A stretch of DNA of 64,000 nt from Octopus bimaculoides (lineage: Eukaryota). Where the stretch lies: NCBI RefSeq assembly GCF_001194135.2, contig NC_068991.1, positions 22,356,546 to 22,420,545 on the forward strand, in the 5' to 3' direction. The notes beneath the pieces are model-generated. The model had not been told where the DNA came from. It did no database searches and saw only the letters and a list, made by a program, of their open reading frames with translations. The position numbers and the translations under genes were made by a program. Each line of letters starts with the position of its first letter. Position 1 is the first letter of the stretch. Of this stretch, positions 13,591 through 25,795 are shown in pieces.

Positions 13591-14292
13591 TCAGTAAACT
13601 TTATGTGTCAAGTTATAAAAGGTTAATGTATTGCAAATATCTACAACACACTAGTTTCTGCTTTAATGAACAATGCTGACAAAATCAGGGAAAACGGTGG
13701 GAATGTGGGAGAATGATGAAGTGAGTGGGGAGATGGCAAAGATGGCTTTGTGTTTGTTGTTGTTCTTGTTGTTATTTTGTTGGTCAAGTGGACCTATGGT
13801 CATCACTATTCCAGTTGTAACCACTTTTATCTTTTGCTTGTTTCCATCATTGGACTGTGGCCGGCTCGGTCAGATAGACTGACCCAAGTACTTATTTTTT
13901 TAACTTTTTTTTTTTTAAGCCTGTTATTTCTTCTATCTGTTTCTTTTTGATAAACTTAGCAGTTTGGCAAACTTTTTTGTCAGACTGCTAAGAACATAAA
14001 CAGACCAATACCAGTTGTCAAGTGGTGGGGGACACAGACACAAACACACACGCACACACACACACACACACACACNNNNNNNNNNNNNNNNNNNNNNNNN
14101 NNNNNNNNNNNNNNNNNNNNNNNNNNNNNNNNNNNNNNNNNNNNNNNNNNNNNNNNNNNNNNNNNNNNNNNNNNNNNNNNNNNNNNNNNNNNNNNNNNNN
14201 NNNNNNNNNNNNNNNNNNNNNNNNNNNNNNNNNNNNNNNNNNNNNNNNNNNNNNNNNNNNNNNNNNACACACACACACACACATACGTGTAA

Positions 14293-14523
14293 AAGGTGTG
14301 AGCTGGCAGAAACGTTAGCACGCCAGGCGAAGTGCTTAGCGGTATTTCGTCTGCCGCTATGTTCTGAGTTCAAATTCCGCCGAGGTCGACTTTGCCTTTC
14401 ATTCTTTCGGGGTCGATTAAATAAGTACCAGTTACGCACTGGGGTCGATATAATTGACTTAATCCGTTTGTCTGTCCTTGTTTGTCCACTCTGTGTGTAG
14501 CCCCTTTTGGGTAGTAAAGAAAT
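14293..14523 (+). mobile_element. tRNA-derived SINE family B (Meta-domain-like), young copy
   Basis: A-box-like GAGCTGGCAGAA, B-box GAGTTCAAATTC, core GAGGTCGACTTTGCCTTTCATTCTTTCGGGGTCGATTAAATAAGTACCAG. The core resembles the MetaSINE domain from memory. Confidence 0.8.
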
Positions 14524-14537
14524 AACATACATGTGTA

Positions 14538-14749
14538 CAGGGTGGCCCAAAACTAGGTTTACAGTTATCACTAAGGCACTTGAAATTTCTTTTAAAACAT
14601 TTTATTACATTTAAATTTCTATCTTACAGTTAACTAGATTAGCATAGAATAATGGTTTCATATTTTTTTATAACGAAGATCTAAATTATTAATATATGAA
14701 TGCGAAAGTGATAGTTGAATAACTGTAAACCTACTTTTGGGCCATCCTG
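14538..14749. mobile_element. 212-bp Tc1/mariner-type MITE
   Basis: 31-bp TIR CAGGGTGGCCCAAAACTAGGTTTACAGTTAT, 29/31 identical between ends; TA on both sides. Confidence 0.9.
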
Positions 14750-14989
14750 TATATGACAGTCTTCAGTACAGTTTCTGTCTACCAAATTCACTCACTTTAT
14801 TTAGCCTGGGGCTATAGTAAGAGACTTTTGCCCCAGGTGGTGCAAAGTGAGACTGAACCCAAAACCATATGATTGAGAAACAAGCATTTTAATCACACAA
14901 CCACCAGGGTATTTGTTTTCTCTTTTCTTTTTTGTTTTATGCATAGTTTATCCAAGCTATATTGTGCATCACAACAACTGAGATGGATT

Positions 14990-15506
14990 GGTAATCCTCC
15001 TCCATGTTTAACAGTTGGAAAAAGGCAGTCTGGATCAAATGCTTCTTTTGGCTGACTCCATATGTATACTCGGCTGGTGATCGGAAATAGGGTAAAGGAT
15101 GACTCGTCTGAGAAAATAACATTCTTCCACTATTCTAGGGACCAATTCTGTAGGTTTTACTCCACTCTAAATGCTTTGGTTTTGAAAGTAGTGGTTTTCT
15201 GATTGCAGCCTTCCCATGAAATCCAGCTTTGTGCAGTTCCCAGCAAACAGTTTTTGTGGAAACTGGGTTCTTAAGGTGATCATTAAGCTCTGCAGTAATT
15301 TTGGGAGCTGTGCTTTTGTGATCCTTTCTAACAATTCATGTAAGAGTCCGACGGTCCCTATCTGAAAGTTTTGGTTTTCTTCTGAAGTTTTATTTCAATG
15401 AGGAAGTTTTTCCCTCTTTCCCAAAGGCTGCCATTACTTTCAAGATTGTACTTTTTGATACACCAAACATTTCAGCTGTTTTTGTTACGCTAGCACCTGC
15501 CATACG
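14990..15506 (-). mobile_element. Tc1-type transposase fragment, truncated by an assembly gap
   Basis: Minus-strand translation gives MAGASVTKTAEMFGVSKSTILKVM (HTH), KAAIRKPLLS, WKNVIFSDESSF and PTVKHGGG, with frameshifts. Confidence 0.85.
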
Positions 15507-17829
15507 NNNNNNNNNNNNNNNNNNNNNNNNNNNNNNNNNNNNNNNNNNNNNNNNNNNNNNNNNNNNNNNNNNNNNNNNNNNNNNNNNNNNNNNNNNNNNN
15601 NNNNNNNNNNNNNNNNNNNNNNNNNNNNNNNNNNNNNNNNNNNNNNNNNNNNNNNNNNNNNNNNNNNNNNNNNNNNNNNNNNNNNNNNNNNNNNNNNNNN
15701 NNNNNNNNNNNNNNNNNNNNNNNNNNNNNNNNNNNNNNNNNNNNNNNNNNNNNNNNNNNNNNNNNNNNNNNNNNNNNNNNNNNNNNNNNNNNNNNNNNNN
15801 NNNNNNNNNNNNNNNNNNNNNNNNNNNNNNNNNNNNNNNNNNNNNNNNNNNNNNNNNNNNNNNNNNNNNNNNNNNNNNNNNNNNNNNNNNNNNNNNNNNN
15901 NNNNNNNNNNNNNNNNNNNNNNNNNNNNNNNNNNNNNNNNNNNNNNNNNNNNNNNNNNNNNNNNNNNNNNNNNNNNNNNNNNNNNNNNNNNNNNNNNNNN
16001 NNNNNNNNNNNNNNNNNNNNNNNNNNNNNNNNNNNNNNNNNNNNNNNNNNNNNNNNNNNNNNNNNNNNNNNNNNNNNNNNNNNNNNNNNNNNNNNNNNNN
16101 NNNNNNNNNNNNNNNNNNNNNNNNNNNNNNNNNNNNNNNNNNNNNNNNNNNNNNNNNNNNNNNNNNNNNNNNNNNNNNNNNNNNNNNNNNNNNNNNNNNN
16201 NNNNNNNNNNNNNNNNNNNNNNNNNNNNNNNNNNNNNNATATATATATGTATATATACACACACACACATACACACACACCTTTCAAGCATTGGGCCTCA
16301 CAGAGGCAAAGTGGATGAGTTCCTCGTGGAGGCAAAGTGACTTGAGCTCCTTTCAAGCGTTGGGCCCCAGGGAGGCAAAATGGCTGAGTTCCTTTCGAGT
16401 GTTGGGCCTCGCAGAGGCAATGACCGAGACCATTGGCATTATGACGTGCTTGAGAAGACCCATCAAGCTGAGCAAAATTGCAGTGATGGCAGACATTGAT
16501 GTCACGCAAATGGCACCCATGCTGGTGGCACGTAAAAGCACACATTACACTTTCAGAGTGGTTGGCATGAGAAAGGGCATCCAGCCATAGAAAATCATGC
16601 CAAATCAGATTAGAGTCTGGTGCAGCCTTTCAGCTTACCAGCCCTGGTCAAACTGCCCAACCCATGCCCACATGGACAATGGACGTTAAATGATGATGAT
16701 CATCATCATCGCACACACACACACACACACACACACAAACTCTCAAACACACGTGCTCACACACACGCACACACATGCATAAATGAGCTTCTTTCAGTTT
16801 TTGTCTACCAAATCTATTCACTAAACTTTGGTCAGCCCAGAGCTATAGTAGAAGACAATTGCCCAAGGTGCCATGTAATGGGACTGAACATAAGACCCTG
16901 AAGTCAGATTGACTTACAAGACTATGCATTAAAGTTTTTGCCAACAAAACCATGTACCTTAACAGTGGATTAAGTTTAAGTGTAGAGTATAATAAACTCT
17001 CTCCTCCCTCCTCAGTCTCCATTTCTCCCCACTTCCTAGGATGTTTAACCTGTATTGTTGCAAATGTTTCTACAAGTGGGCACATGTACATGCTGCCTCC
17101 TTTGACTAACACATTCAGGCTAATAATAAAGCAGGAATGATAAGATGAAGCCAATTATTATGAGAGACAGAGAGGTATTTACCAAAAAGTTGGCCATCAC
17201 TAAATATGTGCTGAGTAAAGTAAACAGTTGGCAGTGGTTGATGGATTTTCTGCAGTGATTGTGCTGCTTTTTTTTAATATTTTTATTCATTTATTGTTGT
17301 TGCCCATGCACAAAACAAGCCTGTAACTTATTATAAATGTTTTATTTATTTGCTTGCATTTCTTTTGTTGTTGCATTCCATCTGTTTTACCTTTTTTTTT
17401 TCATGCTAGCACTGGGAGAATTTGCATTGCTGCAAGCTCTACTATGTAGTAAGCAGCTTGCTTCCCAACCACATGATTCTGAGTTCAGTCCCACTGTACG
17501 GTGCCTTAAGCAAGTGTATTCTGCTACAGCTCTGGGACAACCAAAGCCTTGTGAATGGATTTGATAGAGGGGAAACTGTGTGGCAGCCTGTTGTAATATA
17601 TATATCATCGTCATCATTATCATCATCATCATTTAATGTCCATCTTCCATGCTGTCATGGGTTGGACAGTTTGACAGAAGCTGGCCAGGCAGAAGACTGC
17701 ACTGGCATCTGTGTCTTTTTTGGCATGGTTTTTATGACTGGATACCCTCCCTAACCCTAACCACACAGCAGAGTGGACTGTGTGTATGTATATATACATA
17801 TATATTTATATATATATATATATATATAT

Positions 17830-18170
17830 ATGAATTTAAACTGGTGGTCCACACTGACGAAGCTCAAGGTTGAATAACCAAAAGCAGAAACCTGGTTTGT
17901 GGATATCCGTAATTGCATAACATTTTTATTTGTGTTGTTAAATGTTTTAATTCGGTCTGTTTTCCTCGCATACTGTTTTTCTCTGTTATAGTGGTGCGCT
18001 ACGGTGGATTATTTAAGACTTGGCTCTTATTTCTAGCATCTGCTCATTAAGCATCATTACGATATTTCATAGCTCGATAAAGCTATCATAACTGCGTTCC
18101 ACCAATGCTACTACTGGTGATATCATCAAATTTTGAATTTATCCACAGATGATATGAACAGTAGTGACAT
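17830..18170 (+). mobile_element. probable Penelope-like element pLTR fragment
   Basis: Carries the hammerhead motif typical of Penelope-like element pLTRs; CpG-retaining unique block between a (TA)n tract and a gap. No coding evidence seen. Confidence 0.45.
17848..17903 (+). ncRNA. minimal type-I hammerhead ribozyme motif (Penelope-type)
   Basis: Helix I TCCACA/TGTGGA, core CTGACGA (17854-17860), helix II GCT..GGTT-GAAT-AACC..AGC, GAAA (17887-17890), palindromic helix III ACC-T-GGT, cleavage triplet GUU (17895-17897). Confidence 0.75.
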
Positions 18171-18239
18171 CNNNNNNNNNNTGTTTATTATTAACAGCAA
18201 GTTGGTCATCTTCACTTCTTACAACCATTTCAATAAATA

Positions 18240-20481
18240 CTCTTTCTCAGTCCTTGAACCCCAACTCAAACGAAACTTACAGAAAGCTGAAAAGGAAAGT
18301 GCAGACTGCTCTAAGGAAAATTAAACAGGGATGGTGGAGTGATAGAGCAAAAGGGGCACAAGAAGCAGCTGATAGAAATGATGTCATGGGTTTGTACGGC
18401 CGTTTTCGTGCGGGTGACACGTAAAAGCACCCACTACACTCTCTGAGTGGTTGGCGTTAGGAAGGGCATCCAGCTGTAGAAACTCTGCCAAATCAGACTG
18501 GAGCCTGGTGTTGCCATCCGGTTTCACCNNNNNNNNNNATCCAGCTGTAGAAACTCTGCCAAATCAGACTGGAGCCTGGTGTTGCCATCCGGTTTCACCA
18601 GTCCTCAGTCAAATCGTCCAACCCATGCTAGCATGGAAAGCGGACGTTAAACGATGATGATGATGTTAAGGAGGTATGTGGCCCAAAATCTTCCTCAGTA
18701 GCTGCAATGAGAACAGCAAATGGACGTTTTCTTCTGACTGACACCACTTCTATTCATAAGCGTTGGGTGGAACATTTTTCTGCACTTTTGATAGACCATC
18801 ATCCGTTGACATAAGGATGATAGAAAAAATTGAACACCTTCCAGTTATAGAAGAGACGGCATTTGAACCAACTCTAAATGACATTGCTTTGTAGATTTGC
18901 ATAAAGCATTCGATACTGTTAATTGAAATGCTCTGTGGCTAATTCTAAGGAAAATAGGTTGCTCAGAAAAATTTGTAAACATGGTCAAGACTTTGCATCA
19001 AGTTATGAAAGCTAGAGTTAATTTTGGTGGTAGGCTCTCTGAATCTTTTGCTGTGGAAAATGGAGTAAAGCAAGGAGACCTTGATGCACCCACCCTTTTT
19101 GCAATATACTTTGCTGTTGTGTTGTCACATGCTTTTCAAAACTCTGAGGAGGGTATTTACATAAAATATCGAACAACAGGGAATGTTTTTAATCTGACCA
19201 GACTGAAATTCAAAATGAAGGTTTTTACTTCACTCATTAGGAAACTTTTGCATGCTGACGATTGCGATCTTGTCAGTCATTCTGAAACAGGTTTGCAATC
19301 TCTTGTATCTGCATTTGACTCAGCATGTAATGATTTTGACTTGACCATCAACTTGAAAAAAAAACAGTTGTAATGCATCAACCTGTGTGTGGTGCTGTTT
19401 GTAACCCCTCTAAAATTTTTGTTAAGGGAAAGTTACTTGAGACTGTCGATTCGTTCGTCTACCTTGGAAGCTCTGTTCAAAATTATGGAAATCTTGATAC
19501 AGAAATACAGCTGTGAATTCAAAGGGCAGCAAAAGCATTTGGTGGCTTGGAGTCACATGTTTGGTGCCAGCTACATTTAAATAAGAATACAAAGATGGCT
19601 CTGTACAAATCATTTGTCTTACCATTCTTGTTGTATTCCTGTGAAACTTGAACTTGTTACGAAAGGCATTTTAAACTGTTAGAACAATTCCACCAAAAAT
19701 GCCTTCATCGCATTTTAAAAGTTAAATGGAGTTCTTTTACTCCAAACACAGACATCCTTGCATGTGCAGGCATCACCTCAATTAAAGCTATGATTTTGAG
19801 GAACCAATTGAGATGGTGTGGCCATATTGTTCGAATGGCAGATGAACACATGCTGAAACAACTGTTTTATGGTAAGCATGCAGAGGGGAAACACTATTGG
19901 CATAAACCTAAAAAAAAAAGGTTTAAGGACAGCATAAGGACTACTATGAAGTCACTTGGAATGGTTCCAGAAGATATAGAAACCCTTACTTCGGACCGAA
20001 TTGTTTGGCAAACAAAGGTGTGGAGTGGAGTGAAAGCATTTGAAGAGGCCAGGATAACACAAGTAAGACTCAAAACAGATATAAAGAAGAATGTAACAAT
20101 TGAGAAGGTGAATGACAATGACCTTTTTGTGTGCACAGTCTGTGACAGACCATGCCTGTCTTTTGCTGGCCTCAAATCTCACCTGCAAACGCATGGAAAA
20201 CAAACTTCCACCAAACTATTCTGCCTATATATCTGTGCACACCTTTGAATGCAGTGTATGCCAGAAGATTTGCAAATCCAATGGAGGCCTCAAAAGACAT
20301 GTTAAGATCCACAAAGAGCAAAACTTATCTGCAGGTATTGGTGGTCCAAATCAGAGGTGCAATCTATGTGGGTGTCTTTTCAAAGCATTGTCCAATTTAA
20401 AAAGCCACATGAGACGCCATGATGATGCTAAGGTGTAGGTACAGGAGGTGGTCAAACTCTGTATAAGGAGTAGAGAACCAC

Positions 20482-20485
<4 letters not shown>
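18240..20485 (+). mobile_element. RTE-clade LINE, 5'-truncated and decayed, with three C-terminal C2H2 fingers
   Basis: Motifs FVDLHKAFDTVN, GVKQGD, LLHADD, LPFLLYSCET, NQLRWCGHIVRM. Three CX2C-X12-HX3H fingers at 20126-20420, stop at 20436-20438, short 3' UTR then a (CA)n tail. Confidence 0.92.
18416..18663 (+). mobile_element. RTE-type 3'-end repeat inserted into the RTE ORF; same family at 16286-16710, 25893-26052, 47583-47882 and 42499-42625(-)
   Basis: Same body and (GAT)n tail as the 63-64 kb units. It interrupts the reading ...DRNDVMGLYG / KEVCGPKSS. Confidence 0.85.
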
Positions 20486-20534
<49 letters not shown>

Positions 20535-21279
20535 GAACAAACTTATTTCTATAATCAAACTTAGAGACACAGAATGAGCTGGTATTTTACAGAAAATGAA
20601 GTAAATCTTGAACACAGAATAGCTGTGAAAACAGCTTCAGAAACTGGGTAAAAACCCCAGAAGAGGGAAATAATCACCAGCAGGTGGCTGCAGAGAATTA
20701 AACCCTGTACCTCTCAGATACCTCTCAGCCGGTATCTGAGACATACTGGGAGTGATTCTCTGTAGCCACCAATTTTTCTGTTTTCACAGCTATTCCACAT
20801 TCAAGATTTACTTTAGTTTGTGTGTGTGTGTGTGTGTATGCAAGTGGCTTTGTGTTTGTCCCCCAACACCACTTGGCAACTGGTGTTGGTTTCTTTATGT
20901 CCACATCACTTGGTGGTTCAGCAAAAATGACCAATAGAATATGTACCAGACTAACAAAAAAGAAAACTTAAGTACTAAGATTGATCTGTTCAACTAAATC
21001 CTTCAACTAAATCCCCCAGCATGGTCACAATCCAATGACTGAAACAAGTAACAGATAAAAGATGAAAGATAACCTCTTTTTTCCATCTGTTCAAGGATGT
21101 CTGCCAATGGAATCCCATCCCAACAAATATCCTTTTAACTGTCATTGACATGGATGTCATTAATCTGAAAAGTATGTGTGAGATATTTGTATGTATTTAC
21201 GTCCATATGAGTAGGTGTTTGCAGCTTCATTCAAGAGGAAAGTCCATATATGGTGTACCTTAACTTGTGTATGTGGAAG

Positions 21280-21900
21280 CATGTGTGTGGTATGTGTGTA
21301 AAAAGTGAGAGAGAGAGATGCATGCAGACTGAGACAAATTGTGTGTGTGTGTGTGTGTGGGTGCATGTCAAAGAGAGTGGTAGATAGACAAACAGATAGA
21401 GGGAGAGAGAGAGAGAGAGAGACATACTGAGATTGTGTTAGTGTGCTGTGTGTATGTGAGTGTGTGTGAGAGAGGGACAGAAAGAAAGACAAAAGGAAAA
21501 AGTTTCAGACAGATAGACACAGAGAGAGAAGGGGGGGAAGAGTGACTGACAGACAGGCAGACACAGAGACAAAGTGTGCGTGTGTGTGTGCGTGTGCGTG
21601 TGTGTGAAATACAGGTGTGGCGAGATTCAGAAAAAAGAAACTGAGAACATAGTCGATCAGAAAGAGTGAGAAGTCAAACTGAGAGAGAACAGGAAATTCT
21701 GATGAAAGCAAAATGAATAATTTGAATGAAAAAGAGCAGGAAGTCAAATTAAGAGTGAGAATTCCGAGAGAGGGAGAGTGTATGTGCTTGTGTTTGTGTG
21801 TGTAATGGAGTGTCTGTCTCTTAGAGTGCGTAAAGTGTTCAGCTAAAAATGTGTGTGTGTGTGAGTAAATTCTGACAGTGAGAGAAAGAGAAAATTTGAG
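21280..21900. repeat. mosaic (GT)n/(GA)n low-complexity tract; similar tract at 24715-25320
   Basis: Direct inspection. Confidence 0.85.
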
Positions 21901-22322
21901 TCTTACTGAAAGTGACAGTGTGAGACAGTGGTTCTCAAAGGATGTGCTGTAGAACATCATTGTGTCACATGAGGTATCTGGACGGGATGTGTCATTGTCC
22001 TCGTCATCGTTTTACCATCCACTTTTCCATGCTTGCATGGGTTGGATGGAATTTGGTTGAGGCAGATTTATCTATAGCTGGATGCTCTTCCTGTTTTCAA
22101 TCCTTACCCCACTATTGCCAGTAAAGTAAGATTTCCCCCATGACCAGACATGCTTTCACAGAAGATTTAGAACAAAGCGACACTGTTTGCATAATGGAGG
22201 CATTTGTTTATGACTATTGCACATTGTCAAAGTAAGGAGACAGTATCTCACCCACACACACATGCAGGTTTGTTTATGTCTCCATAACTTAGCAGTTTGA
22301 CAAAAAGGAACCACTAGATGTA

Positions 22323-22610
22323 CAGTAATCACTCGCCATATCTTGGTTCGCCTATCATGCCCTCAGTACATCACAGATTTTTCTGACTAATAAATGTAAA
22401 TTTATATCGTGGACTCCTCAGTATATCGTGGGTTTCTGTGGCCAATAGGTAATTATATTTTTTTAGATTTTAATTATTTCTGTTGTAAAATAAGCATTTT
22501 CATACCAAAAAATTAATAAATTAATAAATAAAAATATAGTACAGTACTGCACTGTATAACACATTAATAAAAATATATTAAAAGAAAATATGTAGTGTAC
22601 TGTAGATGAG
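22323..22610. mobile_element. pogo/Tc1-like MITE half
   Basis: TA-CAGTAATCACTCGCCATATC terminus with repeated ATATCG(T)GG subterminal motifs; the other end was not identified. Confidence 0.4.
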
Positions 22611-23126
22611 TGTAGAGGCACATGGCTTAGTGGTCAAGGTGTCAGCATCATGATCGTAAAATTGTGGTTTCAATTCCTGGGCCAGGCGACGTGTTGTGTT
22701 CTTGAGCAAAACACTTCATTCCACGTTGCTCCAGTCCACTCAGCTGGCAAAAATGAGTATAATGTTGAAATCTCCAAACTATGAGATAAGGCATGATTAA
22801 TTCAAAACAATGTGAATAAATAAGCATTACATTTGACAGAAGAATCTGAATACTAAAGGATTAAACAGGACGTTTGTATTATAGAATCAAGGTTGGTCTC
22901 AAGTGGGTTGGTATCAAAAGGGTCAGAGGAGGCTGAGCAAGCAGCAGCAACAGCTGTCATGACACTTTCTCAGGGCTTCTGCCAATGGTAAGAGGAAGTT
23001 GTCCTCAGACTGAGGTCTTTGCCACTGGTATGCCACTGGCCAGTTGATGACATTCAATTGAACAATGGATTAAGTCTACCAGCTGTGAATAAATTTACAA
23101 CCTATAATTAAATATATCACCCTTAG

Positions 23127-23345
23127 CCCTTTAGCGTTCAGATTACTCTGTCAAACATAACACTTATTTCTTCACATTGGTTCGAATTTATCCTTCATTA
23201 TCTTGGAGCCTTGAAATTTTGATTATGTGACTGTATGCATTTTAGGCTAACACTGCAGGGTAGGTATGAGAGACTGGATCTGGCATTTGAGCATTAAACA
23301 AGAAAAATATTTTGGCTGGATATGGCCAGTTTAAATGCTAAAGGG
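23127..23345. mobile_element. piggyBac-like MITE; related copies at 2468-2687 and 27602-27820
   Basis: Ends CCCTTTAGC(G/A)TT...AATGCTAAAGGG flanked by TTAA or near-TTAA; three roughly 220-bp copies. Confidence 0.7.
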
Positions 23346-23843
23346 TTAATTTTGCTAAGATAAGGAACTATGGCATAAGGAGAAGGAGAGAAAAAGGGCG
23401 AGTGTGACGAACCTGTGTGGTAAGAAGTTTGCTTCCATCATCACATGGTTCTGAGTCCATTCCCACTGCATAGCAACTTGGACAAGTGTCTTCTACAATA
23501 GTCTCAGGTCAACTAAAACCTTGTGGGTGGATTTGGTAGACAGAAACTGAAAGAAGCCAATCGTGTGTGTGGGGGGGGGTATCCATATGTATCAGTGTTG
23601 GTGTGTATATGTCCCTGTAACTTAGAGACTAATAGGATACTCTTTACTTGTTTCAGTCATTTTTGACTGCGGCCATGCTGGAGCACTGCCGCCTTTAGTC
23701 GAGAAAATCGACCCCAGGACTTATTCTTTGTAAGCCCAGTACTTATTCTATCAGTCTCTTTTTGCCGAACCGCTAAGTTACGGGGACGTAAACACACCAG
23801 CATCGGTTGTCAAGCAATGTTGTGGGACAAACACAGATACACA

Positions 23844-23875
<32 letters not shown>

Positions 23876-25753
23876 GTATGTGTGTGTANNNNNNNNNNNN
23901 NNNNATATATATATATATATATACATATATACGACAGGCTTCTTTCAGTTTCCGTCTACCAAATCCACTCTCAAGGCTTTGGTCGGCCTGAGGCTATAGT
24001 AGAAGACACTTGCCCAAGGTGCCACGCAGCGGGACTGAACCCGGAACCATGTGGTTGGTAAGCAGGCTACTTACCACACAGCCACTCCTGTGCCTAGTTA
24101 AAGTACCAAGTTTAAAAACAAGAACTAGGATCAATTCTTTGACTAAAATTCTCTAAGGCAGTGCTCCAGTATGGCCACAGTCAAATGACTGAAACAAGTA
24201 AAAGAATAAAAGAAAGAGTGGGGAATCAGATTCAGTAAAAGTGGAAGGTCAGGCTTAGAGAACTGAGAAGATAATCAAAAAATTGTGTGAATGAAAGAAT
24301 AAAATTGGAAAGTCAGCCTGAGTGATGAGAAAAATAAAACAGTAGAACATTGGGGTATAGGGGTGGGAGGATAAATGATGGTCTGTATAGGTAAATAATA
24401 AGTATTAAAAAACTGAAAATGGGAAATGTGCTAATATGCCATGAGACCCTAGTCTGAAGCAAATGGTACTTTTCTCCATCTCCTCATACAGCCTGCCCAA
24501 AACATTGAATTGCTGCTCCTCCTCATGTTTGCCCAATCCAAAATCAAACCTCAGATTTCTCTACCTCCTTGCAACATAATAATTTATTTCTCTTTGTGAA
24601 CTTTTTACAAGTGATAGGAAGGTCACTTTGAGTGAGGAAAGGGTTCTAAAGAGAATGGAGGGGGTGAAATAGAGGTAAACAAGTTACTTGTACACTTAGA
24701 GGTTAAGAGAGGGAGAGAGAGAGGTGGGGAACAAGAATGATTACAGTTTAGAATTGAGATAAACTGTAAAAGAGAGAGAGAGAGAGAAAGAATGTTTGTG
24801 TGTGTGTGTGTGTAAGAAAGATGAATTACATGAATGGTTGAGTAAGGAGAAAAGAGAATCTTGGAAAGAGAAAATGTGAGAGGAAAGTAAGTCTAAAAGA
24901 AAGGAAAGGAAGATCATAAAAGTGTGAGAAAGACACGAGATGAATATATGAGATTGGTACAAGAGAGAAAGAGTGAAATGAGACTGCGTGCATGTGTGTG
25001 TGTGTGTATGTGTGTGTGGCATATGGGTGTGTATGTGTGAATGAGAAGATGAGAATGTGAATATGAAAGAATTATTTACTATGTATGTGAGACAGAAGTG
25101 AGTGAGTATGTGTGTGAGAGAGGAAGTGTGTGTGTGTGTGTCTATGAATAAGAAAGAAAGAGAGCACATGTGTATGTGGTGTGTGTGTATAAGATAGTTT
25201 ATAGTTTATAGGTGTGTGAGAGAGAGAGAGATAGAGAGAAAGAGTCTGTGTGTGCACGTGTGTGTGTGATGGTAGGTGTGTTAGGGAGGGAGAGAAAGAG
25301 TGTGTGTGTGTGTGTGTGGTGTGGCATGCCTCTTAAAGAGAGAGAACATGTTTTCACATATGTTAATAATCTCGCCCCTCTGGCCACTACCCCCACCTCC
25401 CCACCTTGGCAGTGAGCCAAGGTGGATGTCTTTGGCGGAAGATAGCATGAAATTCTGGAATTCAACCGTTAAACAAATCTCCCCTGTATCGCTATTCATA
25501 ATAATTGTTTGTAACTATCATTGAAGAATTTCTCTATCAATCACCATTCCTGTGGTGTTGTCTTAGAATAGTATCTGTTTCCTCAGCAGTAGTTCTACCT
25601 TGGAATTTGTTTAGTTTTTTTTTTTGTTTTGTTTTTTGAGATTTATAACATCAGTTAGCCAGTTCAGTGCTAAAATTTGCATTTTGTTTTATTTATGTGT
25701 ATTATTTATATTTTATTTCATTTGCTCTCGGTGTCATCATCGTTGTTGTTTAG

Positions 25754-25795
<42 letters not shown>

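Noticed and set aside
13250-13679. Poly-Met, poly-Asp and poly-Ile ORFs, and the many HT/YI/CV-repeat ORFs elsewhere
   Set aside because: Translations of (CAT)n, (CA)n and (TA)n microsatellites.
15390-16545. Long ORFs of 200-350 aa here and at 50363-51047 and 13933-14571
   Set aside because: They are open only because they span N gaps.
20112-20438. Stand-alone host C2H2 zinc-finger gene
   Set aside because: Contiguous with the RTE ORF through one frameshift, followed by the LINE UTR and tail; no splice signals or TGEKP-type linkers.
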